A stretch of DNA of 64,000 nt from Chrysomallon squamiferum (lineage: Eukaryota; Animalia; Mollusca): positions 16,864,001 through 16,928,000 of the forward strand of contig CM022667.1 in assembly GCA_012295275.1 (NCBI GenBank). Direction: 5' to 3'. Position 1 is the stretch's first letter; every line of letters begins with the position of its first letter. This document shows, piece after piece, positions 40,936 to 60,999 of this stretch. A model generated the notes under the pieces. It was not told the origin of the DNA. It ran no database searches and worked only from the letters and a program-made list of their open reading frames with translations. The translations under genes and the position numbers were made by a program.

Positions 40936-43900
40936 ATGGCAGCGGTAGTGCGCGTGAAACGGCGGAGAAATGAAGATCCTGTCGAAATTTTGAAAGTTTC
41001 TTGTAAAAGAAGAAAAAACGATGAAGGAGATGCAGCACTTGTTGATGAAAATGACAGAAATGAAGTCGAAAGTTTACTCAAGTTTGCTGCAACTATTCCA
41101 GCAAAGGTATTTTCATTACTAACAAAGGTTTTCGTGTTATCGTTGTGAGATATTTTCGATAGTAATTACATTAAATTCCAGTTTCAGTCGTCAAGAAATG
41201 TTATTGTTCATTTTTATTTCATTTTATTATGTTTATTTTTTTTCGTTTTCTGTTTCTAAACATTGTACTTTACATAGGAAATGTAATAAATGAATTACAG
41301 TAATGTAATCGGCTAAAAATTACACTATTTGTAGTAAATGAATTTTTAAAACAAAGAAAATCTAGTAGTTTCACTTTCGTTTTGCGTTTCTTCGTCTTCA
41401 TTTTTGCATTTATTGTTACTGTAGATAATATCTAATATAATACATAATTGTATAAACCTAAGTTCAAAACAAAACAAAAAAATCCAGTAAAGAAAAATAA
41501 TTTATTTAAATTTTATATAACCTGTCACGAAATGTTATTTGGAAGTCAGTGAACAACATTTTCGTAGTTTTTAGGTACTGTAGCTTTCAAAAATTAATAA
41601 ATTAATTTACTAATACTTTCCTTTCTTTTTCTTTTTTTAAAATTGAAATAGTTACAAAATATTTAAGTAATAGTCATATTTTGAATTCTGATTAGTGATT
41701 GTCAATACTTTTTAATCTTCTTATTTTAAAGGATACAAGCATTTCTAAACATATCCGTGATGCAATTCGGAAAGAGAAATTACAAAAGGAGTACAAACAG
41801 CATAGTTACAATGGTGATATAACTGTCAGAAAAAGACAAGAACAACAACTCAGTTCCCAATCCAGTCGTTACAAAGTTCTCACCAGCTACAGAAGTCTGG
41901 GATTGGATGATCTTGATGCAGCAACAACAAATGAATGCATAACAGAACAAAATGGTGATAACAAAAAGGAAAATAATAATAAAACCACTGGGACTGCTGA
42001 TATACAAAGAGCTAATAATAGAGAAGAGATATCACACAAGGAACATACAGATTTCAGTGGCAGTCATGGCAACTGTAAAACATCTAACAAATCCACCAAA
42101 ACTGACATTGAAAGGAGCAACTGTGAACAAAATATTTGTATGTGCAAGAACTCAGGTGACTGTTGTACAGTTTGTTGCACAAAATCTCCATGTAATTGCT
42201 CAGAACATACTAAAGAAAATTCTTCTCTTGTTTGTTCAACTTCAGGTGAAGTTAAAACATTTTCTTCTGGCACCAAGACTTTTCTCAGAAGTGAATCAGC
42301 TTCATTGCAGAGTTCTGAAAAAATGTTTTGTTTGTATGATGTAGAGAAAGAGAAGACTGAAAATAATGCAGCCCTTACTCGGAATAAAAATAATGTAAGC
42401 TATGATATATAAGATACAATATTTATTACAATTTCCTGAAGAAAAACAGATGATAATTCTTTTTCATGATTTTTGTTTTATAGTGTTATTATCATCTTTA
42501 CATTTCTAAATTTACTAATATGAAAATAACAGCGGTCCTTAATGATAAGTTCAAATGTCTTTATTATAATTATAATATGCATTTTGATTAAAACTGATAT
42601 GAATGTTGAGAAAATACTAAATGAAATGTGATATGTTCAGTTCCACATACCATAGGACAAGACATACAGCTTAGTGCCTGTCCTGAATACCAATAAATTT
42701 GTGAAAAATAAATGAGCAGTTTTGTGAGGTTGCTACTCTGGATTATATACAATACATTAATATATGTAGACAACTTCATTAAGCTGCATAAAAATGAAAA
42801 ACTATAATGATTGTCAATAAAGTACACTACTAATAGTGTTACAGTTACGTAAAAATAATGTAATTATGGTCATTTATTGATTCAATAAATTAGATCCTTT
42901 TTATGATTCTTTTTCTTGTTTTCAAGTCAGCATCAGCCATCAGTGAGTTCACATGTAATTCTGTTCCAATGTTACGAGAAACTGTTCCACAAGACACAGA
43001 AGAGGACTACGTCTACGATCTCTACTACACCAACAGCAGTGATTTCGACTTCCGAACATTTGAAAATATTCTTAGGATTGAGGCTCTTCAAGAAGATGTG
43101 TTGCTGGATGACAGGCTGGATGATGACCAGTATGACGAAGTGTATGATGATGATGATGACAGCAATGATGAAAATAACTGGAGGAATGATTACCCTAATG
43201 AAGATCCACATTTTTATGAAAACAATCATGCTGATAATGATGAAGGTGAGTGAGGAATTTGTGAAATAATAATTTTTTTTAATGACTGTCTATAAATTAA
43301 TAGCACAGGCTTTAAATAAAATATAAATCTGTATCATTTTGTTTTATTATTTATAACAAAAACAGTTTTCACACAGAATTAGATATGGATGAAACAAAAT
43401 AATCTGCATGAAAGTTTTTACTTATTAGAAACTGTGCAATACAAAAACAAGCACATGAAAATAAAAGTGTTTTTAATAACACAGTCATCAAGATTAAATA
43501 GATTAAATAGATTAAAATTAATGCAGTGGAGATGCAGCAGACCCTTTTATCCTGATTTCATTATTATTAAAATTACTAATTCTATTATTTTGGCTATTAT
43601 TTCATAAGATGAGTAACAATGATAATAATAATTCTCATTTCACCGTGTTTTATTTTCAGACGCCATAGGGAACCATATGTTCGATCATGATGAACCTTTG
43701 GCTGCATGGATGTCATCAAGATGTAACATAGGTAACATACATTTATTATTAATTTAACAAGATTAGTATTAAGAACTAAGAAAAATTAACTGTTTGAGTA
43801 ATAATGTAAACCAGTCATTAGTTTTCATTTTCAATAAATGTCAGTTTTGTTTTACATCACATATATATTGATGTAAATATTACTGTAAAGTTACTGTGCA

Positions 43901-44150
43901 TCCAAGATTCTGTTTGTTTTATTTTTGAAATATGCATGTAACAAATTTGATCTTTTAAATGGTTTTCAGATGTTTTATTTGCATACAAAAAGTAATAATA
44001 TCATCATTGTTAGTTGACATGCAATAAAGTAATCATTTTAACTATTTGTTAACACAGTATTCTAAATTATTAGTCTGTGCCAACAAATGTTATTATTAAA
44101 TATCAGCTGAAATAATCACTAATTGGTGGTTTAATTATTAATAAGAGATT

Positions 44151-44209
<59 letters not shown>

Positions 44210-44424
44210 GAGAGTATATATATAATTATACTTCTATTTTTGTTTATTTATTTATCTAGTTTTGTGATTTACTTATTATTTCGCTTATTTATCTTGTAGA
44301 AGATGATGGTGATGAATCAAATGATGATGCGCAGTCTGATCAGTGTGATAGACTGTATCCGTCTTCTACTTATGAACAGTTCCTCAAACGTGTCTCTGAT
44401 GATGTGGATTCGTTGGATGATTAA
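40936..44424 (+). CDS. SLC7A6OS: RNA polymerase II nuclear localization protein SLC7A6OS / Iwr1 homolog
   Basis: Exons 40936-41106, 41732-42394, 42927-43245, 43660-43731, 44300-44424, all GT-AG and in frame. Family motifs: VVRVKRRR...SCKR at the N-terminus, RYKVLTSYRSL, CNSVPMLRE, DYVYDLYY, and DDDDSNDENNWRNDYP (Iwr1 domain). AATAAA at ~44742. Confidence 0.93.
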
Positions 44425-45809
44425 GTAGCTGATTCAGTTTCATCTTAAATTTAACTTCAGAAATATTATTTTAAAATGTAATACTGAATCAATAAGTTAC
44501 TAACACTGTGCTGCTTATTACATATAAATTTATTTTAGGTGCATAAACTACCTGGTACACATAACACATCATTTATTCATAAAGATTGTGTGTGTGTGTG
44601 TGTTTTATTTGTTTGTTATAATATACTTATATAATAATGATATTTTAATAATTCTTAAATGTCAGAGATTTAAATTTATATGAAATTTGTATGTATTATA
44701 TATAAATTCGTTTTTATTCTTTTTATTAAGTCCTTGAAATGAATAAATATATTTACTGTTATTTTTGTTGTCATTTTTTGAACTGAAAAAATAAAAGATG
44801 TTTCACAACGTATTCTGTGGGATCTTTCTTTTCTTTTATTCCCTTTCTTTATTATTATTATTATTATTATTTTTATTCTATTATTTTATTTTTTATTTTT
44901 TTATATTTAAACATTCCAGACCTGCTAAATACATATACAGATTTTGTTTTCTTCCCTGTCATAGTTCATTCCTATTATTGGCTTTCCTGTGGCTAAACTG
45001 TCCATGAGTGACTGTAACTGTTAACATCATTTCAGTCCAGCAGATGGACTAAGCAGAAATGATAATAGCCACTGATTTCTTTTAATTATTTATTTATTAA
45101 CAATATTTATTTATTTATTTCTCTCTCTTTTCTCTCTCTCTCTCACATGAAATAATGGACAAGAGGCATAAAATTTAATGATGTGGTGTCAATAAGTTCT
45201 GTCTGAAATAACGGACTTCTTGAAAAAAAAATAATGTTCATTACTGACTAACCTGAAAACATCCTCCATTGTTGTTTATTATGAAAATTAATTAAAACTG
45301 TGAAACAGGTAAGCAAATACAGTCAGCCTGAGTTAATTTTTATTATTATTATAATTATTATAATTAGAATAATAGATGTAGAACTGTCGGTAGGTGGTAC
45401 ATGGACAAAGAAAGAAAGAAAGAAAAAAAATAAAATAATGTTAATATTAATAACAATGAAGTAAAAACAGTATTTACCGATATCAACATTGCCAATAAAA
45501 AATTTGATATTAATTAGATCCTGTCAGTGTTTGTTAGCGACTACCATGTTATATAAAAATAATTTTAAATGTATATATATATATATATATATATATAAGT
45601 AAATCTAATAATTTAACAGAGAAATAGTCTATTACCCAATTACCCTTCAAGTAAATGTATTTAGCACTTTAAAAGATTCAAATATTTTTAGTGTTAAAAA
45701 AATTAAAATTAAATTTAATAATAATAACAATATAGTGAAAACGGGACAGCTTTGTTCCGTTCATTTCCACGAAGGTGCACTAGGAGCGCGTGACCACTTT
45801 CGCGAAATC

Positions 45810-51781
<5,972 letters not shown>

Positions 51782-52468
51782 AACACTCAAAATGAAAAGA
51801 GGAATCAAAAGATTCCAAGTATTTCACATTATTATATTTTGATTTTACTGAATGATTAACTTGAAATTTTTCAAGCATGTGTGAATAAATTTTAATTTAA
51901 TTCATTAAAAAAAAAGAAAAAAAAGTGTATATTTAAATAATAATAAAAAGAAAAATGAATGAAGGAATGAAGGAATAAATGAATGAATACAAACAATAAT
52001 AGAGAAAAGAAATAACAACAATAATAACAATAGAATAAATAATAATAAAATTATGATGACAATAATATTAATAATCATAATAATAATAATAATAGTAATG
52101 AATCCTGAACGTGTTTAACCTTTGTTTGCTGTTTTACCTGTGAGTGTCAGCAGTGATACACATGTTATAATGTGTCAGTGAATCAGCAAAATCTTAAATT
52201 CGCCTGTCGAGTCACCATTTGTATTTAATGATAAACAAAATAATTGTTTGTAACATACATATATATATATATATTGCTTACCGGTTGTAAAGTTGTAGTA
52301 GTGATTTTGAAGGATAATAAAACAATTAAGAAAACAATAATTTGTTTTGTTTTGTATTTCTTTTTAAAGATTTTTTTTTTTAAATTCATTTGTAAGTGGA
52401 TAATCACTGAATAAAACCATAACTTGAAAATGGAGAAGATCCATATTTAATATTTATTGTTGTTGTTG

Positions 52469-52537
<69 letters not shown>

Positions 52538-53041
52538 CATATAATATACACACTAATGTGCTTGTGCTTGTTCAGATTTGAACAAAGGAATAAAGAAAAC
52601 TACATTCTACAGAAATCAATTCTGTGTTTGGTATAGATATATATATATATATATATATATGCATGTGTGTATGAATGAAAACCTTTGTTTGTTATGTTTG
52701 TAATCAGTGATTTATAATGTATTCTGTGTTCAGACGCAAATTTTAAAAAAAGTGGAAAGTAGACATAAATTAGTTTTCTGTGTTTAAAACATTTGCATTG
52801 TTATTCTAACCTATATGTTTTATTACAGTGTCAACATGCATATTAGATCACGCAACATTCTGTGAATTTAAGTACAGTTTTAATGTTTACTCATTGCCTT
52901 ATTTATATAAGCTGTTATATAAAACTATTGTTTGTTTTATTTAACTTGCATAGCAAAGCACCTTGTTTTTCTTCTTTAACGTCTTTTTTGTATAAATATT
53001 TGTTTTTTCTGACTCATCGACTTCATCGACTCGTTCGTTTT

Positions 53042-53080
<39 letters not shown>

Positions 53081-53474
53081 CTTCTAATATACTGCTATTG
53101 TATAAAGTCTTTTAAAATCTTATTGAATAAATCTTGGGGTAAAAATTTCATTGTTATTTTATCTGTTCTGAGAAATCGTTTGATAAATTTTAATGAAAGC
53201 GATTACGAAACAAATCAGTGATAAAAGGAAAAACCATTAAAGTTCGTTGTAAAAATGTAAGTCTATAACAACTAAATCTGTAAAAAATGTTTGTCGAATT
53301 TCTTTGTAAAATCAGCATTAGACGAGGAAAGAATCTTTCTCCATTTTGAATTTATTTATTTTTTTATTTATTTTTTTATTTATTAACTTATTTTAAAAAA
53401 ATTAATCAAATTATATAAAAAACGAAGTAAATATGAATTTTTGTTTGGTTCCTTTTTTTTTTTTTTTTTTTTTG

Positions 53475-53521
<47 letters not shown>

Positions 53522-55367
53522 CGTAATAATTATCTTTGTCAAATGTAAAGATTAAAAGAGAATTTAAAAAAATGAAAGTGTAAATAAGTTATCTGCATTT
53601 TGTAGCGAGATTACTGAAACTGTAAAAAAAAAATATATATATATATATAATTAAACAACAACGCTAATAACAATAACAATAATAACAACAATAAAAATTT
53701 GTAAAAATAAATAAGAACAACGTCATTGTGAATTTGAAAACAACAACAGTTAGTTTGATCAGTTTAATATTATTCTTTCCATTTATTTGTTCATTCTATT
53801 TTGTTTCTTATTTTCCTCTTTTTTTTAATTTAATTTAATTTATTTATTTATATATTTATTTATTTATATTTTTTAAATTATTTATGTTGATATATATATA
53901 TATATTCAGAGGTGCGCTCGCACACGCGCACACACACACACACACACACACATATTCACTGAAATAATCTGAAAAAGAAAACTTTTTTTAAATTTCATAA
54001 TAATGGGATTATCATAGCCATCCTGAATACATTACACGATTTGTAAAAAAAAAGAAAAGAAGAGACACAATATCGGGTTAACACTGTAATCATGAACAGG
54101 CAGATTTTACGATTAGAAATCTGTGATTCTTCATAACTTTTCATAACGACTGTTATAATGTGATTCAAATAAGCACTGAAGTGAGCCGTACTGCCGTGCT
54201 GACCTGAAATCACATGTTATATTAGTACACGAATTTTATAGATCAACCTTAAATGAGATTTGAACAATAAGTTGCTTGTCCTTGATATTTTACACAGTGC
54301 GCTTTTTTTATTTTTATCTTTTTTTTTTATCTTTTTTTTTTTTTTTTTTTTTTTGTATTTGGTTGATAAAATGTTTTATTTGTAATAATAACGAGTTCTT
54401 CAATGAAATGACATTTAATACCTTGCTTTTTCTCTTTCTTTTTCCTGTTACTTTTTTCTTCTTGTTTTTCTCATTTGTTTCTTTTTCTTCTTTTTTTTTT
54501 CTTTTTTTCTTTTTACTTAATATTTGTTTCCCTTTTTCCTATTCTTCTTTTTGTACTTCTTTTTTTCTTTTTTCAAATTACTTGTCTTTTACTAATACCT
54601 GTAGTATTCCTCTTAGTTTTACCACTACAACTACAGCTATTACTACTACTACTACTACTACTACTACTACCACTGCTGCTACTACTTCTCCCCTTCTTAC
54701 TCTTCACATTGTTTAACTGTTAAGTTCTGGCGACTGTATATGCACTGTATTTTGAACGAAATTTCAATTCTCCTTGTGACAAATATTTACAGAGGAAACT
54801 GCGTCTCGTGCAACTTTATAAACAGCGTCTTACATCAACAATCAAAGCTGTTTAACATAATATACAGCTATTTGATTGAAGGGCAATCAGAAAACTCGTA
54901 TTTAAATGCATATAAAAAGAGCTGTCCAATGATAGCCGCACACAGATAAGTGTATTCACAGTTTTACGATGCAGCAGTGCTGGGACTCAGAATGTCACAT
55001 AAATGTCAAGTTGTTTAGAAAATATTTAAATGAAGGCAATTTATGTCATTTTTTATTTTTATTTTTTTTAATTTTTTTTTTTTTATTCAAAACTGGCTGA
55101 CGTAAACTGATGCAATCCAGATTCTTAAATAATTGTATTTAGTTTATTTCGTTTTTATTATTATTATTATGATTATTTATTTATTTATTCATTTATTTAT
55201 TTATTATTATTATTATTATTATTGTGAATATTATTATTTTTTTATTATTTTTTTATTTATTTATTATTATTATTATTGTGAATATTATTTTTATTATTAT
55301 TTATTTATTATTATTATTATTAATTAATTAATTAATATATATTTATTTATTTACTTGTTCATTTAAA

Positions 55368-55449
<82 letters not shown>

Positions 55450-56221
55450 CCGCCTCCCCTGCTTCACATGCTAACGCCTATACACACAAGTATTCACATA
55501 CAAAAGATGAATGACTAAGTAAGATTCACAATTTTGTCGTATTCACATATTTTTCTGAACTGACAGTCATGTAAAATGATTCAGCTATTTACATTCAGCG
55601 AGTTTACAATAAACACTTTAAAACATATATATGTGTAATCTGGAAAGAAAGTCACGATGTTGGAAAATCGCCAGCCTATGTGTTATGTAGGTCAGTGAAT
55701 CGGCGTTTTCCATTTATTAATAAAATTGGGACATGTCAACACAACATATTCTGCAGCCGGTGCTAATACTGTGAAATTGCACCGTCATTTTCAAATGCTG
55801 CTTGTCAGCGGTACATTTATCGGAAGAGAAGAGTAAATGTTTTAACTTATGGGAATGTTGTTCTCTAAAGGGACGAACTATTTTTTATAAGGGAGCATTA
55901 TGCAGTCTGAACGTCGGTAACCAAAGAAAAGGTGAAAACTGAGTTCAATTGATTCCACAGGGAGGATCCAGTGTTCTTAACACAGGTCTTAGGCAGACGT
56001 GGCCCCGACCCCCGGAGCAGAGAACTAAATGTACAGAAAGGGTTATTTTTGAAGGAAAAATGTGGGTTCGAGAATATATAAAAGAATGTGCGCTCGAATA
56101 CTGGGTTGCTTGATACAGGATGGTCAGCCATCCAGAACGCTGTAAATTTATCAATTAAAAACACAACAACACTAAAAGACGAAAAGTTAAATTAAATACA
56201 CATAAACACACAGACATACAT

Positions 56222-56300
<79 letters not shown>

Positions 56301-56823
56301 AGAATTATAACGACGATTTCACTACAAAAGCTACTTGCAAAAAAAACGTTATCTTTCATAAACCCTGGTGCGCTTTAATAGTTAACAATGTAAAAGATAA
56401 AGCAACCAAAGTCCGATAAAACTCACCGTTTGTTTAAATATTTTGATTAGCCCTAACCGATAAACAGTAGCAACGAACAGGCATCTCCGTGGATGCATTA
56501 ACTCCGAAGTAATATTGTGACGTCATTACATTGTTTTGACGCAGTGCAGTGTCGAAAGGCGCTTTCAAACAAACGTTGACTTTTCTTTTTTTCTTTCCTT
56601 AATGGAAATTAATTATTAATCGAAATACGGAGAAGATAAATCTTTGCAACAGATATGTTGATTATAGATAGTATCCTTTGACATGAACAAATTTCATATA
56701 CTTTAAAATTAAGATAGATTTCTGTTGAAAGTATATGAATGTTTATATGTGAGAGTAAGGATTTGAAGGTGACCCGTATTATACCACTACTGCTGCTACT
56801 ACTACTACTACTCTCTCTCTCTC

Positions 56824-56894
<71 letters not shown>

Positions 56895-57126
56895 TTATTT
56901 AGAGAGAGAGAGAGCTGTCTCTGGTTTCATGTAAGGATGGTGTGCTTCTTGCCCCTCTCTATAATATGTTTTCCTATATTCCTTTTTAAGTAACATGTAA
57001 AATAGTTGTGATATTTAGCTACATTTTATCTTTCACCAGTACCTGAATAATTTTGTGAGTGTTAATTATTAAGTAATAGAAAAAGCATATTGTTTTTTAT
57101 ATTATATTAATGCAGAATTGGATAAT

Positions 57127-57322
57127 GAATTACAATGTATGTTATCACTTTTTGACAACAGGAATCTCTTTCTGAGAAGCTATTAATGCACTCTATTGAC
57201 TATTAGAATATATTCAAAGCACGTAACATTTCAATTTTTTTTTACATTTGATAAAATGTGCATTAATAGCTTGACAGAAAGAGATTCCGGTTGTCAAAAA
57301 GTGATAATATACATTGTAATTC
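57127..57322. mobile_element. Palindromic MITE-like element (~65-bp inverted arms)
   Basis: gaattacaatgtatgttatcactttttgacaacaggaatctctttctg...gctattaatgcac pairs with gtgcattaatagc...cagaaagagattccggttgtcaaaaagtgataatatacattgtaattc. Confidence 0.75.
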
Positions 57323-57895
57323 CTTGGGGAAAAACCCACCTTAACGCACTCCGAAAAGACACTATTATTTTTATTTTGTTTTTATTTTTTATTTTATTTT
57401 TTTTATTATAGCATAATAATTTTTTTTTTTTTTTCAATGTCTATAACAATACAGCAATAATTACTTCATTTTATTAAATATATGAAATAATCAATGTGAT
57501 CAAAAAGTGTTATTAAACGAAACATGACATTTTATTTCTAATACCCCTGCATTAATTAATGGTGTTATTAAACTAAACTAACTTTTATTTTTATTTTAAA
57601 AATACTTTCCCTGAATTATTAATTGAAAGTTTTATTTTTATTTCGAGTGCACACACAGACACACACACAGACATACATACATACAGACAGACAGACAGAC
57701 GGAGAGAGAGAGAAAGAGAGACCCCTCTTGAATTTTCACATTTCGTCAGAGACCATTGTAAGAGATTCGTGAACATCTTTGTCAGTGTTACTCAGCTGTT
57801 TTTCTGTCGACATTCGGTGATACACGTTACGTACCCGTCCAATGTCAAGGGTCAGTGCTTCAGCTGCGGTGGCCTACATAAGACCTGGTCCTCAC

Positions 57896-57931
57896 TATAA
57901 AGCCTGTTTACACATATCTCCTATTGTTAGT
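57896..57931 (+). promoter_or_regulatory. Putative CYP core promoter (TATAAA plus Inr-like TTAGT)
   Basis: TATAAA at 57896-57901 and ttagt ~30 bp downstream, ~325 bp before the ATG. Confidence 0.5.
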
Positions 57932-58250
57932 GTCTCTTGAACCGCCGGGCTGGGGATCCCGTGTCAAGTTTCGCTGAACAAGAACAGCGACATAAACAGA
58001 TACATATCTATCTGAACTAGTTCACGAACGTTTAAAAAGACGAAATACGTTTCGACAGTCGTAAACACGAGCAAAACGCCAGAGCGTTCAGTGCCGTCTG
58101 GATACAACGTTCTGTTGTGAATTTTGTTTCTATCGAAAAGTACTTTATCTGATAAAGTAGATATAAATCAGGGTTTGAACACAGTCTACGATACGGATTT
58201 TGGAAACTAAATTTATAACTAGATTCGTATGTGACAGCTGCGTAATCAAC

Positions 58251-59789
58251 ATGATTCAGGAATTTTTAACGACGCATTTCTACTTAATATACAACACTGT
58301 GTTAGCTTGGAAACTTCCCGCTAACAAGCACACATCGACAATTCTAGCTGTAATCGCTGCTGCTCTGTGTCTGAAACTTGCGACCCGGCGCCCCAGGGGC
58401 ATTCCTCCTGGTCCATGGCTCACTCTTCCCATCTTCGGCAACCTCTTGCAGGTGAGCAGGGATCCGATCAGGTCGTTCAGGCGACTGAGGAAGAGGTACG
58501 GAGACGTTTTCAGTGTGTATTTCGGAAACCGGTTGATCATTGCCGTTAACGGGTACGAGACGATGAAAGAAGCATTCGTGAAAAATGGGGACATCTTCAA
58601 CGACAGACCGCACGTCTTCATCATCGACCTGATAACAAAACACAAAGGAATCATTGGATCTAGTGGAGAAGCATGGAAAGAGCAGAGAAAGTTAACTTTA
58701 AATACGCTAAGAAATTTGGGCATGGGAAGGAACATTCTGGAGGGAAATATACAGAAAGAGGTGTCCGCTTTCCTGGACGAACTGTCGAAAACTAAAGGTA
58801 AACCTATTGATTTCAGCGAGAAAATTTCCACGTCTGTTTCAAACGTGCTTTCGTCCATCGTATTTGGCAAGCGCTTCGAGTTCGACGACCCGAACTTTCT
58901 GAAGTTTCTCAAAGTCGTGGAAAAGACATTAGCAACGCCGCCAGTACTGACATTTTTCCCGTTCCTCAGATTCCTCCCTGGAGACCTTTTCCGATTCAAA
59001 CGGATGAAACGCGACGTCGACATGATTCTCAACGAACTGGTAGACGTCTCCATAGACCAACACATGGAACAATACGACGAGAACAACACCAACGACTTCA
59101 TCAGCTCGTATATCAGGGAAATGAAAAGAAAGGAACAGCTTGGCGAAACGAAGAGCAGCATAGACAGAGAGAACCTGCGCATGACCATCTGGAATCTCTT
59201 CATCGCCGGCACCGAAACAACAGCGACGACAATTACATGGTTAGTTCTGTTCTTCCTCCACTTCCCAGACATCCAGGAAAAATGCTTCCAGGAAATACAA
59301 GATAAGGTAGGCTGCGACAGACAAATCGGCATCAAGGACAAAACAGAACTACCTTACCTGGAGGCAACGATTCTAGAAACTCTGAGAAGAGCTGATATCG
59401 CGCCTATTAGTGGCATGCATTCTGTTTCCAGGGAAACGTCGTTAAAGGGATACAGAATTCCCACTAATGCTATTGTTTTACCGGTCATCGATTCTGTCCT
59501 CTCTGATCCCGATGTTTGGGGCGATCCGGAAAATTTCCGACCCGAACGATTTCTTGACGAAAACGGATGCGTTAACAAGCCAGAAGAACACATCCCGTTT
59601 CTCTTCGGACCCAGAAATTGCGTCGGAGAGGCTCTGGCCAGAATGGAGTTGTTTCTCTTTGTCGCTTCCATGATTCAGAAATTCAGATTTGTGAAATCCA
59701 ACGGGAAAGCTTTGCCTTCGTTGAGGTCTGTGGCTGGATTCCGTCAGTTTCCTCAACCTTACCTTGTTAGCGTCATTCCGAGAAATTAA
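58251..59789 (+). CDS. Cytochrome P450, clan 2 (CYP2-like), single coding exon, 512 aa
   Basis: N-terminal membrane anchor, PPGP hinge, WKEQR (C-helix), AGTETT (I-helix), ETLR, PERF and heme signature FLFGPRNCVG. First in-frame ATG at 58251. Confidence 0.97.
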   Translation: MIQEFLTTHFYLIYNTVLAWKLPANKHTSTILAVIAAALCLKLATRRPRGIPPGPWLTLPIFGNLLQVSRDPIRSFRRLRKRYGDVFSVYFGNRLIIAVNGYETMKEAFVKNGDIFNDRPHVFIIDLITKHKGIIGSSGEAWKEQRKLTLNTLRNLGMGRNILEGNIQKEVSAFLDELSKTKGKPIDFSEKISTSVSNVLSSIVFGKRFEFDDPNFLKFLKVVEKTLATPPVLTFFPFLRFLPGDLFRFKRMKRDVDMILNELVDVSIDQHMEQYDENNTNDFISSYIREMKRKEQLGETKSSIDRENLRMTIWNLFIAGTETTATTITWLVLFFLHFPDIQEKCFQEIQDKVGCDRQIGIKDKTELPYLEATILETLRRADIAPISGMHSVSRETSLKGYRIPTNAIVLPVIDSVLSDPDVWGDPENFRPERFLDENGCVNKPEEHIPFLFGPRNCVGEALARMELFLFVASMIQKFRFVKSNGKALPSLRSVAGFRQFPQPYLVSVIPRN

Positions 59790-60960
59790 ACTTTGAGAAA
59801 GTAGACAGTTTTATACTAAACTTTGTTCCTTCTGTTAGTGATACATTTCCAACATTTAATACTAATATTATTACAGCTGCTACCAGTGCTACACAAACGA
59901 CTGCAACAACAACAGCAACTACCACTACTACTGTTCTGGGTTTTGTGGTTTTAATCATATTTCAAATTATACTGTAATTTGTGCCTAAGAGCAGTGAAAA
60001 TTATTAGCAGAGCAACTGTAAAATGAAATTAATGTTTACATGGTGATACTATACCGCTATATTTTTCTGAATGGTAAGAATCCGTAACTATTTCAGTTTA
60101 TTTCATTTGAAAGGTTTCTATCCAGTTTAGTCTTTACCTACATATTTAACTATTATTCTTTGCAATTAACACAGATTTAAAAAAGTATTTTGATTATTCT
60201 TATTAAAGAGAATGTAATAATAATTTAATAAAACATAAAAAAGTAAAAAGAATGAAAAATGAAACAAAAAATTCGGAATAAGAAAAGAAAATAAATAAAT
60301 AAATATTAAAAACAAATTCGGCAAAAAATTAATAACAATAACTTAAATTAATAATCGATAAAAAAAGATATGTAATAAAGTAAATTAAAAAATAAATTAA
60401 ATAAAAATGACATTTAAAAAAAAATGACATTTTTAGAAAAAAATATATATTTCTTTTTTTCTTTTTTCTTTTTGTAGCCCATTAAAAACAGAGATTGTTT
60501 TATAAACATCATTTCTCTTTAAACGAAGATTTTTTATTTATTCTTATTTTTATTATTTTTTTTTTATTTTATTATTATTATTTATTTATTTATTTATTTA
60601 TTTTGTTTTGTTTTCCATACAAAGAAATAACTGCTTAATTATTTATGTACAACGAATGAAAGATTCCCCCCCGCCAATTTATTTCTGATTTTTATTTTTT
60701 GTTTTGTTTGTTAAGTTGATGAATTTAGATTACTTGCTTAACAACTAAATTAACATTTTTATTATTTTTAAATGGGCATTAAAATATACGACGACAAAAG
60801 TATTGTTCTCTGCCAAGGAAACTTGGATATTTTACGTAATTTGTAGATGTATACCGCACTATAAGTATTATCATATGCAAGTTTTTAGTATGTTTTCTTT
60901 GTCTTAATAAATTATTTAATCAATTTACTTATTGTTAATGACTGTTAATTCCGCATAAGA

Positions 60961-60999
<39 letters not shown>

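Noticed and set aside
58280-59341. 353-aa antisense ORF
   Set aside because: It is the shadow of the P450 CDS and has no recognisable motifs.
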